Source: a virus | Strand: one strand, 5' to 3' | IMG/VR virus record: IMGVR_UViG_3300008952_001422 | Coordinates: 32,001 to 96,000 of that record | DNA: 64,000 bases | Shown here: positions 9,901 through 18,974 of the stretch, piece by piece | How the letters are laid out: each line of letters opens with the position of its first letter | Numbering within the stretch: the stretch's first letter is position 1 | The notes under the pieces: generated by a model | Databases searched by the model: none | Told to the model about the DNA's origin: nothing | What the model saw: only the letters and a program-made list of their open reading frames with translations | Program-made: the position numbers and the translations under genes

Positions 9901-11544
9901 CAAGCCATATCAGCAACTGGTGATATTTCTTATAACTCAACGACTGGTGTTATATCATATACAGCATCTCATTATACCGACAGTGATGTAGATACACACT
10001 TAAATAAAGCATCAGCAGGAACAGGAGAAATATTAAGTTGGAATGGAAGTGATTACGACTGGATTGCGAATGCAGGAACTCCAGCATGGTCAGCCATAAC
10101 AGGTAAACCAACAACGATTGCAGGTTTTGGAATAACAGATGCATTTGATGGAGCATTTGCTTCATTAAGTGGCAAGCCAACAACGATTGCAGGTTACGGA
10201 ATAACAGATGCATTTGATGGAGCATATGGCTCATTAACAGGCGCACCTACTATTCCTTCAGGTAATCAAATTATAGATTGGACGCAATCAGGTGCAGGAA
10301 CTATTCATGCTAGTAATTACACAGATACAGTTTATGCTAACAGTGATGTTGACTCTCATCTAAATCAAAGTAATCCAACAAGTGGATATGTTCTTTCTTG
10401 GAACGGTTCAGATTATGCTTGGGTGGCACAATCAGGCGGTGGCGGTGGTGCTACTGACAAGATTGAAGAAGGTGACTCTAGTGTAGAAGTAATAGACGGT
10501 GGTGCAAATGGCCATATTATGTTTGAGACTCAGAACACTAACAGATGGCAAATTACTAATCAAGGTCACATTCATCCAGAAACAAATGATGCATTTGATA
10601 TAGGTAGTGCAACTAAAAAAGTAAGAGATTTATATCTAGGTAGCAATTCATTATATATTGACACCAACACTATTCATACTTCAGGAACTAACTTATTGTT
10701 CAACGATGAAGATGTAATGGATTATACTAATCTTAAGAACAAACCAACTATTCCATCACAAAATACAGGTGGTACAGGCATTCAAGTTAATTCAGGTGTT
10801 GTTTCATTAAATGCAAATTTATCAGATTTATTAAACGTTCACACAACTGCACCAACAGACGGACAAGTACTTAAATGGGATAACTCAAATAGTAGATGGG
10901 AACCAGGCGCGGCAGGCGGAACTCTAGCAATGAACGATTTAACAGATGTTGATACATCTGGAATTTCAACAGGACAATATCTAAAATGGGATGGCTCAAA
11001 CTTTGTTGCATCAACAGTTTCAGGTGGTGGTGCGTCAGCAATAGACGATTTATCAGATGTAGATACGACTACAAGTGCGCCTAACAATGGTGATGTTCTA
11101 ACATGGGTTACAGCAGACAGTGAATGGGCTCCAGCCGCACCTTCAGGTGGCGGTGGTGGAGGTGCCTCAGTACAATATTTCAAACTAAATTATGCAACAA
11201 ATGGAAATTTAACATCAATTACAAATGCTACATCAGGAGTTAGTGCAACAATTTTATCAGCAACTGGCGGTGATGTAGAAGTAACATTCAGTGGTGCTAG
11301 TTATCCACCATCCAGCATACTAATTTATGGTTATTCTTATGGAACAAATGAATATGTAATCATGCCTCTAAACAAAGATATCGGAACTCGTAAAATTTCA
11401 GGTGGTGGTACTGCTGGTAGTCCAACAGCATTCGGTAGTTTCTCGGCAGAGGAATTAACTCTAAAACTTAGAGAGGCAGATACGGGTTCTTCAAGGAGTT
11501 TCGGAACAACAACACATGCTTGGATTATGTTCACAATGGTATAA
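6937..11544 (+). CDS. long tail fibre / fibre-like virion protein
   Basis: 1535 aa, G/S/T-rich, with PTT(I/L)AG(Y/F)GITDA, GQVLKW/VLSWNG and S.LTND.G(F/Y) phage-fibre repeats. Confidence 0.85.
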   Translation: MSINAQPFQPQFKLIGNLAEDQVLVYDTSEGAFVNSTASGGSGASGYDAVANMGTGTALYFGDAGTTLQLKTIIGGTDITITDNGSGGLIVASTSTDTVQDGTNLGSGTGIFDSKDGTTHALKFKSLAVGAGLTLTDDGAGTLTLVNTNAAGTTDADLTLSNLSDNATARTNLGVYSKTESDSMYHKHDDAFVPSANNVHDIGSPTLKYNDIYAETFQGTAVLADQLTISGTSGQVLTHNGTEWVAGAGSSILSSASDVSNIAPGDGQHLVWNATTNLWTPSSAGAGGGGYQDSDARNAISVSGDLSYNATTGVISYTTPTDTDTTYTAGTGLTLVGTVFSNTAPDQTVALTGSGATTITGTYPNFTISSTDTDTNTTYTNVSEFTNDSGYLTSVPAQAWSTITGTPTTIAGYGITDAFDSSSAFPYSNLTGTPTIPTKVSDLTNDSGFISSVPAQSFASLTGKPTTLAGYGITDAFDGAFTSLSGVASAGASEDNMVLYYDHATTSFKWKTDASTPAGYNNANWDTAFGWGDHSTQGYLTSTTAHYTDSDVDTHLNVSGATNDQMLKWTGTDYAWVTSTDTDTTYTAGTNVTISGSNVISATDTNTTYVSSDFTHDDLTGYVPAEHIDWTTNQGATNIHVDNYINTTYSNLSEFSNDSGYITSVGVLSSHTDVHTSAPSNGDVLKWDAGNSRWAPQSDAVGSVTATSTTTFTNKSGNISQWTNDAGYLTSETDSQTLSLTGTTLAITGGNNVDLSALTIDDFADVNITSVADNQFLKYDNGSGEWRNETVTIPTLTSQLTNDAGFITSAGTYNNSDVDTHLNQSNPTSGFVLSWNGSDYAWVSNGAAGAHFDGQFSSLTGTPTTIAGYGITDAFDGAYGSLTGAPTLYTDADARAAISGTTGLSYNSTTGVMTLNASVGDLLNVSSTAPSSGQVLKWSGSEWAPAADTDTDTVYTTFNTDFDTRLATKTTADLSELTNKYFTDDRARQAISATGDISYNSTTGVISYTASHYTDSDVDTHLNKASAGTGEILSWNGSDYDWIANAGTPAWSAITGKPTTIAGFGITDAFDGAFASLSGKPTTIAGYGITDAFDGAYGSLTGAPTIPSGNQIIDWTQSGAGTIHASNYTDTVYANSDVDSHLNQSNPTSGYVLSWNGSDYAWVAQSGGGGGATDKIEEGDSSVEVIDGGANGHIMFETQNTNRWQITNQGHIHPETNDAFDIGSATKKVRDLYLGSNSLYIDTNTIHTSGTNLLFNDEDVMDYTNLKNKPTIPSQNTGGTGIQVNSGVVSLNANLSDLLNVHTTAPTDGQVLKWDNSNSRWEPGAAGGTLAMNDLTDVDTSGISTGQYLKWDGSNFVASTVSGGGASAIDDLSDVDTTTSAPNNGDVLTWVTADSEWAPAAPSGGGGGGASVQYFKLNYATNGNLTSITNATSGVSATILSATGGDVEVTFSGASYPPSSILIYGYSYGTNEYVIMPLNKDIGTRKISGGGTAGSPTAFGSFSAEELTLKLREADTGSSRSFGTTTHAWIMFTMV
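8146..10250 (+). repeat. dispersed coding repeats in tail fibre (5 x PTTxAGxGITDAFD; 4 x SDVDxHLN)
   Basis: Counted in the translation; 41-bp exact DNA repeat at 9550-9590 and 10204-10244. Confidence 0.85.
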
Positions 11545-11555
11545 AGGACTAAGTA

Positions 11556-13583
11556 ATGGCAATCAACAAGACAAGTGCAATAGATTTAAATGTCCCGGCA
11601 AAAGTTCTACCAGTTTCGGTAACTTCACAAACAAGTGACGAGCAATGGGCCTATGACGATGGATTAGGTGACACTTGGTGGTCTGGTGGTTCAAATCCAA
11701 AATCATTTAGATGGGAACTTACTATGACTGTTACTGCTGTCAATCATGGTTCACACTTAACAAGAACTCCTAAAAAATTCGATGGCTTTGATGTTGTTGT
11801 AGGCGATTATATCGCTGGTGCAACTGATGGTCGTGCTTTACAGATTGTTAGTATTTCATCAAAATCGGCAACGACCGTTGTATGTAAAGTTGAAGATAGA
11901 TTAAGATATAATACATTTAGAAGTGCCTCAGGTTCTGGCTTATTTACAGTTCCAGGTGCGGCAGTTATATTTCAGATTAATGAAAATGGTCATCCAATGA
12001 TTGACCCATTACCAGCAGGTATTGTATCAAGTGACTTCTATGCTAACGTATCTTCTCGTTTTCAATACTTAAATCCTCAAATGAACTATATGCTAGAAAA
12101 AACTGCACATGGTTTTGAGCAGGGAGATGTAGTTGCAATGGACCATACTACTAACGTGTTTGAATTAGCAGATGCGGCCAATATTGAAAGATTAGTGGGC
12201 ACAGTAACACATGCTGGTCCAGGTCCAAACAAATTCTTATTAAGACCAGCAAATGGAATCGTTGATTTCGTTCCTGGTTTGCCAGGTAACCCAGGTGATT
12301 TCATTTATCCCAAAACAGACAGTTCTGGTGATTTAACTTTAACAAATACTGGTGTTGCTATATTCTTAAAATTAACAAATGCTGTTCCTAGTGAAGCAAG
12401 AGGTACTGTTACAAATGGTGCCTGTTCTGCGGCAGATAAATTAGAAATTAATGACACAGATGTGTTGTTCACAACAAACTCTGGTGGCGTTGTTTCTATA
12501 AACAATGCAGTAACAGATATTAACGCATTAACATCTACACATGGCGTAGTAGCATCTTCAACTCCAGCACCAAATACAATTACAAGTGATGCAGGAACTT
12601 ATGGTTCTGCTTACGGTCTTGTTGGTGGTTTCGTACCATTTAGTGCAAGTATTAATGGAACAACAGTAAACTTCTCAACTACAACAGCAGGTCAGGCACA
12701 ATATGGCATGGCTGTTGCTATTGCAGAAGATATGGCTGGTGATATTAATGCGACAAGTATTGCCAATGTCACAGCAACTCATTCAAGTGGTAATTTAATA
12801 ATTACACACTCACAAGGTAATGCATTTACTATTGTAAATGGAACATCAGATAGTAACGGTAATGATTTTGCTGGTAATAATTCTATCGCATCATTAGGTA
12901 CATCATACTCTGCGGCATCTGGTGCAACTCTTAAACTGACACGTGCTGATGGTGGTGAAATTATTATATACGACAAAGTAGGAACTCCAACAATAGACTT
13001 TGGCATTATGTCAGGTCACTCTGGTTCGTATTCTCTAGGTTTAAATGTTGAAAAAGGTATTCGTAGTGGTGGAGGTATTACAGTTTTGGCTGATATGGCT
13101 GCCAGAAATGCAATGACTCCTCTTACTGGTGACCAAGCACACGTATTAGACACAGGCGAGGGTGAATGGGGACTATATCTATATTCAGGTTCTGCTTGGA
13201 CATTGATTGCGAACGAAGATAGTGCGGCAACAGATGCCAACTCATTATCACACACATTTACTACTCCAGTCGGTGGATTTGGTAACACATCAACAATCAC
13301 ACTTGGTAGAGTTAGTAGCAATTCACGAATAATGAGTGTTCTTGTAGAATGTACAACTGTTTTAGCAGGATATTCAGGTGGAACACCATCGTTAATAGTA
13401 GGCGTTCAATCAGATACAGATAGATTTATGTCTGATGTTGAAAATGACTTAGAATCAACTGGTTCATACATAACAAATCCTGATTATCATTATGGTGGCA
13501 CTGCCGAACTAGAAATTAAGTGTTCATTAGCACATTATGGTGCAACTACTGGTGATGTAAAAGTCACAGTAACCTACGTATAA
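11556..13583 (+). CDS. virion structural protein (tail/baseplate associated)
   Basis: 675 aa, G/S/T-rich beta protein directly after the fibre gene. Confidence 0.65.
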   Translation: MAINKTSAIDLNVPAKVLPVSVTSQTSDEQWAYDDGLGDTWWSGGSNPKSFRWELTMTVTAVNHGSHLTRTPKKFDGFDVVVGDYIAGATDGRALQIVSISSKSATTVVCKVEDRLRYNTFRSASGSGLFTVPGAAVIFQINENGHPMIDPLPAGIVSSDFYANVSSRFQYLNPQMNYMLEKTAHGFEQGDVVAMDHTTNVFELADAANIERLVGTVTHAGPGPNKFLLRPANGIVDFVPGLPGNPGDFIYPKTDSSGDLTLTNTGVAIFLKLTNAVPSEARGTVTNGACSAADKLEINDTDVLFTTNSGGVVSINNAVTDINALTSTHGVVASSTPAPNTITSDAGTYGSAYGLVGGFVPFSASINGTTVNFSTTTAGQAQYGMAVAIAEDMAGDINATSIANVTATHSSGNLIITHSQGNAFTIVNGTSDSNGNDFAGNNSIASLGTSYSAASGATLKLTRADGGEIIIYDKVGTPTIDFGIMSGHSGSYSLGLNVEKGIRSGGGITVLADMAARNAMTPLTGDQAHVLDTGEGEWGLYLYSGSAWTLIANEDSAATDANSLSHTFTTPVGGFGNTSTITLGRVSSNSRIMSVLVECTTVLAGYSGGTPSLIVGVQSDTDRFMSDVENDLESTGSYITNPDYHYGGTAELEIKCSLAHYGATTGDVKVTVTYV

Positions 13584-13648
13584 TCCAATCTCCCCAATAA
13601 TTGCAATAGTCCATTTCATTCCGGACTAAAATATTCACTTTTTTAAAA

Positions 13649-13656
13649 GATAAATA
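13649..13656 (+). promoter_or_regulatory. late promoter variant GATAAATA
   Basis: Intergenic, 23 nt upstream of the ATG. Confidence 0.55.
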
Positions 13657-13678
13657 CATATAGAATCGTAACAGAGAT

Positions 13679-13987
13679 ATGAATATGACAAAGAAAACAA
13701 CAAATTGGATTTGGTTAGCACCAGAATATTTCAGCAGATGGAGACTATTTCCTAGAGCATTCATCTCTATGTACATCTATTTGTTATATGATGTAACGCA
13801 TTGGTTCATGTTGTTGCCCGAGCCAAACTCACAACAAGCAGGATTAGTATCAGTTTTAGTAGGTTCAGGCGCGGCATGGTTTGGATTATATGTAAATTCA
13901 AATTCTACTAAGTATGAAACACTTGAAGCGACCAGTACAACTGTAAAAATGGAAGATAAAAGAGATAAAAAGAAAAAAGATGAATAA
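13679..13987 (+). CDS. small two-TM membrane protein (holin-like)
   Basis: Two hydrophobic segments and a highly charged C-terminal tail. Confidence 0.5.
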   Translation: MNMTKKTTNWIWLAPEYFSRWRLFPRAFISMYIYLLYDVTHWFMLLPEPNSQQAGLVSVLVGSGAAWFGLYVNSNSTKYETLEATSTTVKMEDKRDKKKKDE

Positions 13988-14465
13988 AAGTAACTTCAAA
14001 TATCATATTAGACTGAAAATGGCTAGCGAACTAGAGAAATCGGATATTAGCGGTATCATTACCGTTCTTAAAAAAGCAATAGTGAACATATTTCAACCAC
14101 TAGAAGATGGAACAGCAGTGATATATCACATGGGTGATGAGGCGATGAACTCACATATCTACGATTTTAGACTAAATCGTGGAGTTACAGAAGCAGAAGC
14201 AGAAGTTATTTTAGGTCTAATCACAGATTGGACTGATAAAGATTTTATTATGGAGATAACAACCAGCGAAAATTATGAAGAATTTGGTGAATTTGATGAT
14301 GAAATAGACTTAACTTCAATGAAACATAACAGGTGGATGGCAGACAAAATCGACAAAGGATGGAGATATGGTCTAAAATACAACAAAGAAGACAAAGTAG
14401 ACCCAAGATTACAGCCATATCAACAATTAACAAATAAGTTGAAAAATACTGACAAAACCACTTGA
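13980..14465 (+). CDS. RyR-domain protein
   Basis: HNRWMADKIDKGWRYG...K.DPRLQPYQQL matches the RyR repeat pattern (H..W...K...GW.YG......HP.L.PY..L). Confidence 0.75.
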   Translation: MNKSNFKYHIRLKMASELEKSDISGIITVLKKAIVNIFQPLEDGTAVIYHMGDEAMNSHIYDFRLNRGVTEAEAEVILGLITDWTDKDFIMEITTSENYEEFGEFDDEIDLTSMKHNRWMADKIDKGWRYGLKYNKEDKVDPRLQPYQQLTNKLKNTDKTT

Positions 14466-14490
14466 CTTATGGGTAGGAACATTGTATCAT
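14462..14490 (+). promoter_or_regulatory. sigma70-type promoter
   Basis: TTGACT-N17-TATCAT upstream of the HscB-like gene. Confidence 0.65.
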
Positions 14491-14512
14491 ATAAGAACAA
14501 ATAGGTAAAATT

Positions 14513-15049
14513 ATGTCAGGAACAAAACGTTTATATAATCTAGAAGAAAAGAATTACTTCAAATTCTTTGGTGTGGAGGAGAAGCAAGGAACTAGTATCC
14601 GAAGCCTTTCTACGCATTATAAGAAGATTTTAAACATATTAAAAGATGACAATTCATTTATTGGTAGAGACCATAAAGAATTTGCTCATAGAGCCTTTAA
14701 TACGTTAGTAGACCCAATTCTAAGAGCAAGATACATCTTGGAAACTAATGGACATGAATGGGACTTTCGTGATGGTACAACGGCAGAAGATTTAAGTTTT
14801 ATTTCTGAATTAAGAATACAACTTGGTAGAGCAAATCAAAATTATGAACTTGAGAATTTCATTTTTGAATTGAAAGGACATACTACGTTTATCATAGAAC
14901 AAATTGAAGAAAGTATAGACACTTATAAGAATTATAAAACAGCAATTGGCTTAATTAACAGATTTTATGAGATATCTCATCTACATGAAGAGGCATCAAA
15001 TAAAAAACACGAGGTAGAAGAAGGAATACATCACGGTGTGTTTGACTAA
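14513..15049 (+). CDS. HscB-like co-chaperone (degenerate J domain)
   Basis: NYFKFFG...AFNTLVDPILRARYILETNG matches the HscB pattern; next to the IscA/ErpA gene; HPD absent. Confidence 0.65.
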   Translation: MSGTKRLYNLEEKNYFKFFGVEEKQGTSIRSLSTHYKKILNILKDDNSFIGRDHKEFAHRAFNTLVDPILRARYILETNGHEWDFRDGTTAEDLSFISELRIQLGRANQNYELENFIFELKGHTTFIIEQIEESIDTYKNYKTAIGLINRFYEISHLHEEASNKKHEVEEGIHHGVFD

Positions 15050-15064
15050 TAAAAGAGAGGAAAT

Positions 15065-15385
15065 ATGATTTTTACAGAGAATGCGGCTGAACGAGTCAAA
15101 GAAATCATTACAGAAGATAAAGAAGATGTAAAAGCACTAAGAGTGTTTGTTCAAGGTGGCGGTTGTCATGGTTTTAGTTATGGATTTGGATTTGAAAATG
15201 ATATAGCAGGCGATGATACAGTCATTGAAACAAATAATGTAAAATTAGTAGTAGATAGTATGAGTATTATGTATCTAGCAGAAGCAACAATAGACTTTGT
15301 TCGCAGTCTTGAAGGCGAACGTTTCACAATAGATAACCCATCCTCAAGAACATCTTGTGGTTGTGGTTCAAGTTTTTCAATGTAA
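15065..15385 (+). CDS. erpA: A-type Fe-S cluster carrier (ErpA/IscA family)
   Basis: LRVFVQGGGCHGFSYGF and C-terminal SCGCGSSF carry the three ligand cysteines. Confidence 0.9.
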   Translation: MIFTENAAERVKEIITEDKEDVKALRVFVQGGGCHGFSYGFGFENDIAGDDTVIETNNVKLVVDSMSIMYLAEATIDFVRSLEGERFTIDNPSSRTSCGCGSSFSM

Positions 15386-15399
15386 AAGGAAATAATATA

Positions 15400-15636
15400 A
15401 TGTCAATAGCAGAAAATGTATTCGAGGTAGTATCAAGACAATTAAAATTTGAACTTAGTGACTTATCATTAGAAACTGATTTAAGAAAAGATTTAAATGC
15501 TGATAGCATTGATTCCGTTGAAGTAATCTTTGAACTAGAAGATTTATATAACATCACAATTGAAGATGAGGTTGCAGAAGAATTACAAACAATTGGTTCT
15601 ATTGTAGATGTTATCACCGAACTAACAAGCAAATAA
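15400..15636 (+). CDS. acpP: acyl carrier protein
   Basis: 78 aa acidic protein with DLNADSIDSVEVIFELED (phosphopantetheine Ser) and I.DE.AE.L.TIG; start at 15400 after AAGGA. Confidence 0.9.
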   Translation: MSIAENVFEVVSRQLKFELSDLSLETDLRKDLNADSIDSVEVIFELEDLYNITIEDEVAEELQTIGSIVDVITELTSK

Positions 15637-15684
15637 CTCCGTTTTTTGCAAAAAACCCAACTTTTCACACAAATATAAGAAAAT

Positions 15685-15728
15685 AAGCAAATATTTGCTT
15701 GACTTTCACATAAATACCGTGTTATAAT
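15685..15728 (+). promoter_or_regulatory. sigma70 promoter with abutting 16-bp palindrome
   Basis: AAGCAAATATTTGCTT (15685-15700) overlaps TTGACT-N18-TATAAT; CATAAATA lies within the spacer. Confidence 0.65.
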
Positions 15729-15817
15729 TACAACTGTAGATTGAGGTTATCACCTTAGGGTGGTATGCTCGGTTTATTATTAAGTCTTAATAATTTAATT
15801 TTTTTATAAGGAGAACT

Positions 15818-16657
15818 ATGAACAAATTATTAAAAACAGCCATTGTGAGTACAGCATTGCTAACTGTACCTTATATCGCATTGGCGGATGAAACTGTAGC
15901 AGAAACATCAAATGTTTCCGTTACTGGTACATATGAAGGTACTGCGTCACACGATTTTGATGACCTTACTTATACCCAAAGTTTAGACCTTGTTATTGTC
16001 GGAACTTCTCCGGGTAATGGTAGTGTCACAGTTAAAGTTGATGAAACTGCAACTGTTGGTGACTTATACCTCGATACTGAAATACTTAATTTTGATGTTC
16101 GTCTTGGTAAGGTTGACAGCATAACTGGAATTGAAGTAGGAACAACTATCGCAGGTTTCACAGTATCGGCTCATCAAGCGTCTGGCGCCAATGGTGCAAC
16201 GACAATTGATGCTAGTACTGTAATGGGACCTCTTAACCTTTCAGGTGAAGATATTTTAGACGATGACCGCTTACTAAGTGCAGGAATGGATATTGCTGGT
16301 ATTGGTGTCGGTGGTTCATATCAAAACACAACGACAGGTACAAACACCATTCTTGATGCTGGTTTAGGCATACAAGGTTTTGACGTAGATGTCGCACATG
16401 CATCCATTGGTGATGCAAGTGTTACTAAAACTGGTGATAGCAAACATGCGTTACTAGGTACTATGACTAGTGCTACAAATGGCACAAATGTTAAAGGTGC
16501 TAAAGTATCATTAGGTGACCTTTCGGCTAAAGTTGTTAATTTAAATAGTAATAATACTTACACGTTATCGTTAGTTCGTGGCATTATGACATACTCTTAT
16601 GAGCATGTTTCAGGCGGCGATTCGACGGCTTCAGCAGGTATAAAACTTACGTTTTAA
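15818..16657 (+). CDS. porin-like outer-membrane beta-barrel protein
   Basis: Signal peptide (..IALA|D), alternating beta-strand pattern, C-terminal Phe (AGIKLTF). Confidence 0.65.
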   Translation: MNKLLKTAIVSTALLTVPYIALADETVAETSNVSVTGTYEGTASHDFDDLTYTQSLDLVIVGTSPGNGSVTVKVDETATVGDLYLDTEILNFDVRLGKVDSITGIEVGTTIAGFTVSAHQASGANGATTIDASTVMGPLNLSGEDILDDDRLLSAGMDIAGIGVGGSYQNTTTGTNTILDAGLGIQGFDVDVAHASIGDASVTKTGDSKHALLGTMTSATNGTNVKGAKVSLGDLSAKVVNLNSNNTYTLSLVRGIMTYSYEHVSGGDSTASAGIKLTF

Positions 16658-16677
16658 ATTTTTACATCTCTAAGTTC

Positions 16678-16707
16678 AAAAAGCCTGTCTTAATGACGGG
16701 CTTTTTT
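16678..16707 (+). terminator. intrinsic terminator
   Basis: aaaaagcctgtc...gacgggctttttt hairpin. Confidence 0.8.
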
Positions 16708-16721
16708 GTTCTGGCCACTTT

Positions 16722-16729
16722 GATAAATA
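16722..16729 (+). promoter_or_regulatory. late promoter variant GATAAATA
   Basis: Immediately after the terminator, upstream of the ExbB-like operon. Confidence 0.55.
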
Positions 16730-16771
16730 GTTCTAGATAATTACATAATACAGACAGTGGGAGAGTTAACC

Positions 16772-17212
16772 ATGACTAAAACGTTTCTACAATGGTGGTT
16801 GTTTTTTGTACTCCAAATAATCATTCTAGGCGCCTCATATGTGTATAAACTACATTTATACATACTCAACAACGACCAGACTTATATCTGTTTCATTTTG
16901 ATAGGTATTTGGTTACTTACAAGTATGCGAATCGGATATAAGATGTACAAACATATTCGAACATCTAATGAAAAATTCTGGTTTATTGCAGAAAGTTGTA
17001 TGGCGATTGGTATGATGGGTACAGTTCTTGGTTTCATTCTTATGCTTGGCAGTAGCAACTTAGGTTCTATTGACCCATCAGATATAGAAGGTATGAAAAC
17101 CGTAATAGGACATTTAGCAAGTGGTATGTCCACGGCTCTATTGACTACCCTCACTGGTCTAATAGTTTCAGTTTCTTTACGCACTCAATTAATGATTGAG
17201 GAAGGTGAGTAA
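16772..17212 (+). CDS. MotA/TolQ/ExbB proton-channel family protein
   Basis: IGMMGTVLGFI...GMSTALLTTLTGL signature. Confidence 0.8.
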   Translation: MTKTFLQWWLFFVLQIIILGASYVYKLHLYILNNDQTYICFILIGIWLLTSMRIGYKMYKHIRTSNEKFWFIAESCMAIGMMGTVLGFILMLGSSNLGSIDPSDIEGMKTVIGHLASGMSTALLTTLTGLIVSVSLRTQLMIEEGE

Positions 17213-17871
17213 TGTCTACACGATATGGGTCGAACCTATCGTTTAATGATGTATTGTTCAATGCACTATTAGGGTTTGTAGTTTTATTTGTATTAGCACT
17301 TCTGTTAATTAATCCAATAACAAAGAAATCAGATATCCCATCAAAAGCAGAAATCATGCTCACTTTAGAGTGGGATAGCGAAGTTGCTGACGATATAGAT
17401 ATATGGGTATTAGGTCCAGTTATGGGCGCACCTATTAGTTTCCAAAACAAACATAGTGGATATATGCACCTAGACAGAGATGACTTAGGAAGGTCATCAG
17501 ATGTTATGATGATAGATGGTGAGAAAATAATTATTAAAATAAATCGTGAAGTTGTAACCATGCGTGGTATAGCGGCAGGTGATTATTACATCAATATTCA
17601 CGTATATCATAAAAATTCAACAACTGGTCCAACTAAATATACAGTAACACTACTAGATGTTAATCCATATAAAGAAGTTTACGTCATGCAAGGTGAATTA
17701 CACAGTCGTGGCGATATTGTTAGACTTCCAGGATTTACATTGAATGAGGAAGGAGAAATTACTGATATCTGGACAAGTGATAAGATAATAGTTGGAGCAA
17801 GAGATACAAGTAGTGCTATAACGCACTATTCAAATGAACAAGGCATGGTGAATCCAGCCGACCAAGAGTAA
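17212..17871 (+). CDS. ExbD/TolR-like single-TM partner with periplasmic domain
   Basis: Asp at the start of the TM (SFNDVLF); periplasmic W...DIDIWV..P...LDRDD...G.Y.IN.H.Y (YfaP-like pattern); coupled to the ExbB-like gene. Confidence 0.55.
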   Translation: MSTRYGSNLSFNDVLFNALLGFVVLFVLALLLINPITKKSDIPSKAEIMLTLEWDSEVADDIDIWVLGPVMGAPISFQNKHSGYMHLDRDDLGRSSDVMMIDGEKIIIKINREVVTMRGIAAGDYYINIHVYHKNSTTGPTKYTVTLLDVNPYKEVYVMQGELHSRGDIVRLPGFTLNEEGEITDIWTSDKIIVGARDTSSAITHYSNEQGMVNPADQE

Positions 17872-17886
17872 TAGAGGAGAATATAG

Positions 17887-18663
17887 ATGTTTTGGAATGA
17901 GATAACAGTTGATACTATGATTATGGTCTACGTAGTTGGACTATTCGCATTAATTATAGTATGTTTATATGCTCTAATTCAAAGTAAAGCAAACAAACTT
18001 TACACATTCATTATAATTCCATTAGCATTGATTATGGCAAGTATGACTTGGCAAGGTATCAAACTATTACAAGGTATGCCAGTTTATGGATTACCTATGA
18101 ATGAAAAAATTGAAGTACTATATGTCGAAGATAATAAGCCTTGGATATTTGTATTGTTAAGAGAGGAACATGGACCTGTTCTTTATAAAATAGATTGGAC
18201 AGAAGCAAACAAAAAGAAAATGCAAGAGTTGAAACGTTTAATTGGTGGAAGTTTTGCCCAAGGTAAATTTAAAAAAGAAGGCAATAAAGGTGAAACAACA
18301 GATTCATTTATATTTACACCAATGGAAAATATGACAGAACCTGAGAGTAAAGACCCAGAGGAAAATAGTGGTGTAACATTTTCACATCAGTCACCTACTG
18401 CTACTTATCCGGCTGACCGACCACAATTAGGCGGCTCAGTAGGCGGTTCAGGAGTTAGTTACGTACCCACAGAAGAAAATAACGATGATGATTTTATGAG
18501 AATAATTGAAGAAAGACAAGATATTAGAGAGTCGATAGAAGACGGAGTATCATTTACAAGAAATCCAGAAATAGATAATCAAGGATGGTCTACATTACTT
18601 TTATTCACAGAACAAGAAGTTAGAGAACCATTCATAGGTCCATTAAACGAGGGAGAAGAATAA
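17887..18663 (+). CDS. membrane protein
   Basis: Two N-terminal TM helices and an acidic low-complexity C-terminus. Confidence 0.6.
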   Translation: MFWNEITVDTMIMVYVVGLFALIIVCLYALIQSKANKLYTFIIIPLALIMASMTWQGIKLLQGMPVYGLPMNEKIEVLYVEDNKPWIFVLLREEHGPVLYKIDWTEANKKKMQELKRLIGGSFAQGKFKKEGNKGETTDSFIFTPMENMTEPESKDPEENSGVTFSHQSPTATYPADRPQLGGSVGGSGVSYVPTEENNDDDFMRIIEERQDIRESIEDGVSFTRNPEIDNQGWSTLLLFTEQEVREPFIGPLNEGEE

Positions 18664-18962
18664 TGTTATCAGAAAGTGTAGGAGCAGTTTTAATGATAGG
18701 ACATTTTATTGTATCAATTTTTAATGTACAACTTGGTGCGCCAGTTATCTATACAATGCCATTTGCAACTATGGAGCAATGCCAATTCTATGGTGAACAA
18801 TTGCCAAAAGACATGCAGATAGATATTGAGTGGAAGCATAGTACAAGATTTGAATGTTTCACAATTGCACAATTTCAAGAACTTCAACGACAACAGTTGC
18901 AACCTAAACAAGGCACGGCTCCAGAAAGTGCTACTAAACCAGAAGGCCCAATGAACCCATAA
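18663..18962 (+). CDS. hypothetical exported protein
   Basis: Hydrophobic N-terminus; F.TMEQC...C cysteine pair. Confidence 0.5.
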   Translation: MLSESVGAVLMIGHFIVSIFNVQLGAPVIYTMPFATMEQCQFYGEQLPKDMQIDIEWKHSTRFECFTIAQFQELQRQQLQPKQGTAPESATKPEGPMNP

Positions 18963-18974
18963 GGGTAAAATAAG

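Noticed and set aside
8146-10250. Tail-fibre repeats as a CRISPR array or DGR template/variable pair
   Set aside because: The repeats are in-frame coding and irregularly spaced; differences are not adenine-specific; no reverse transcriptase or cas gene is in the window.
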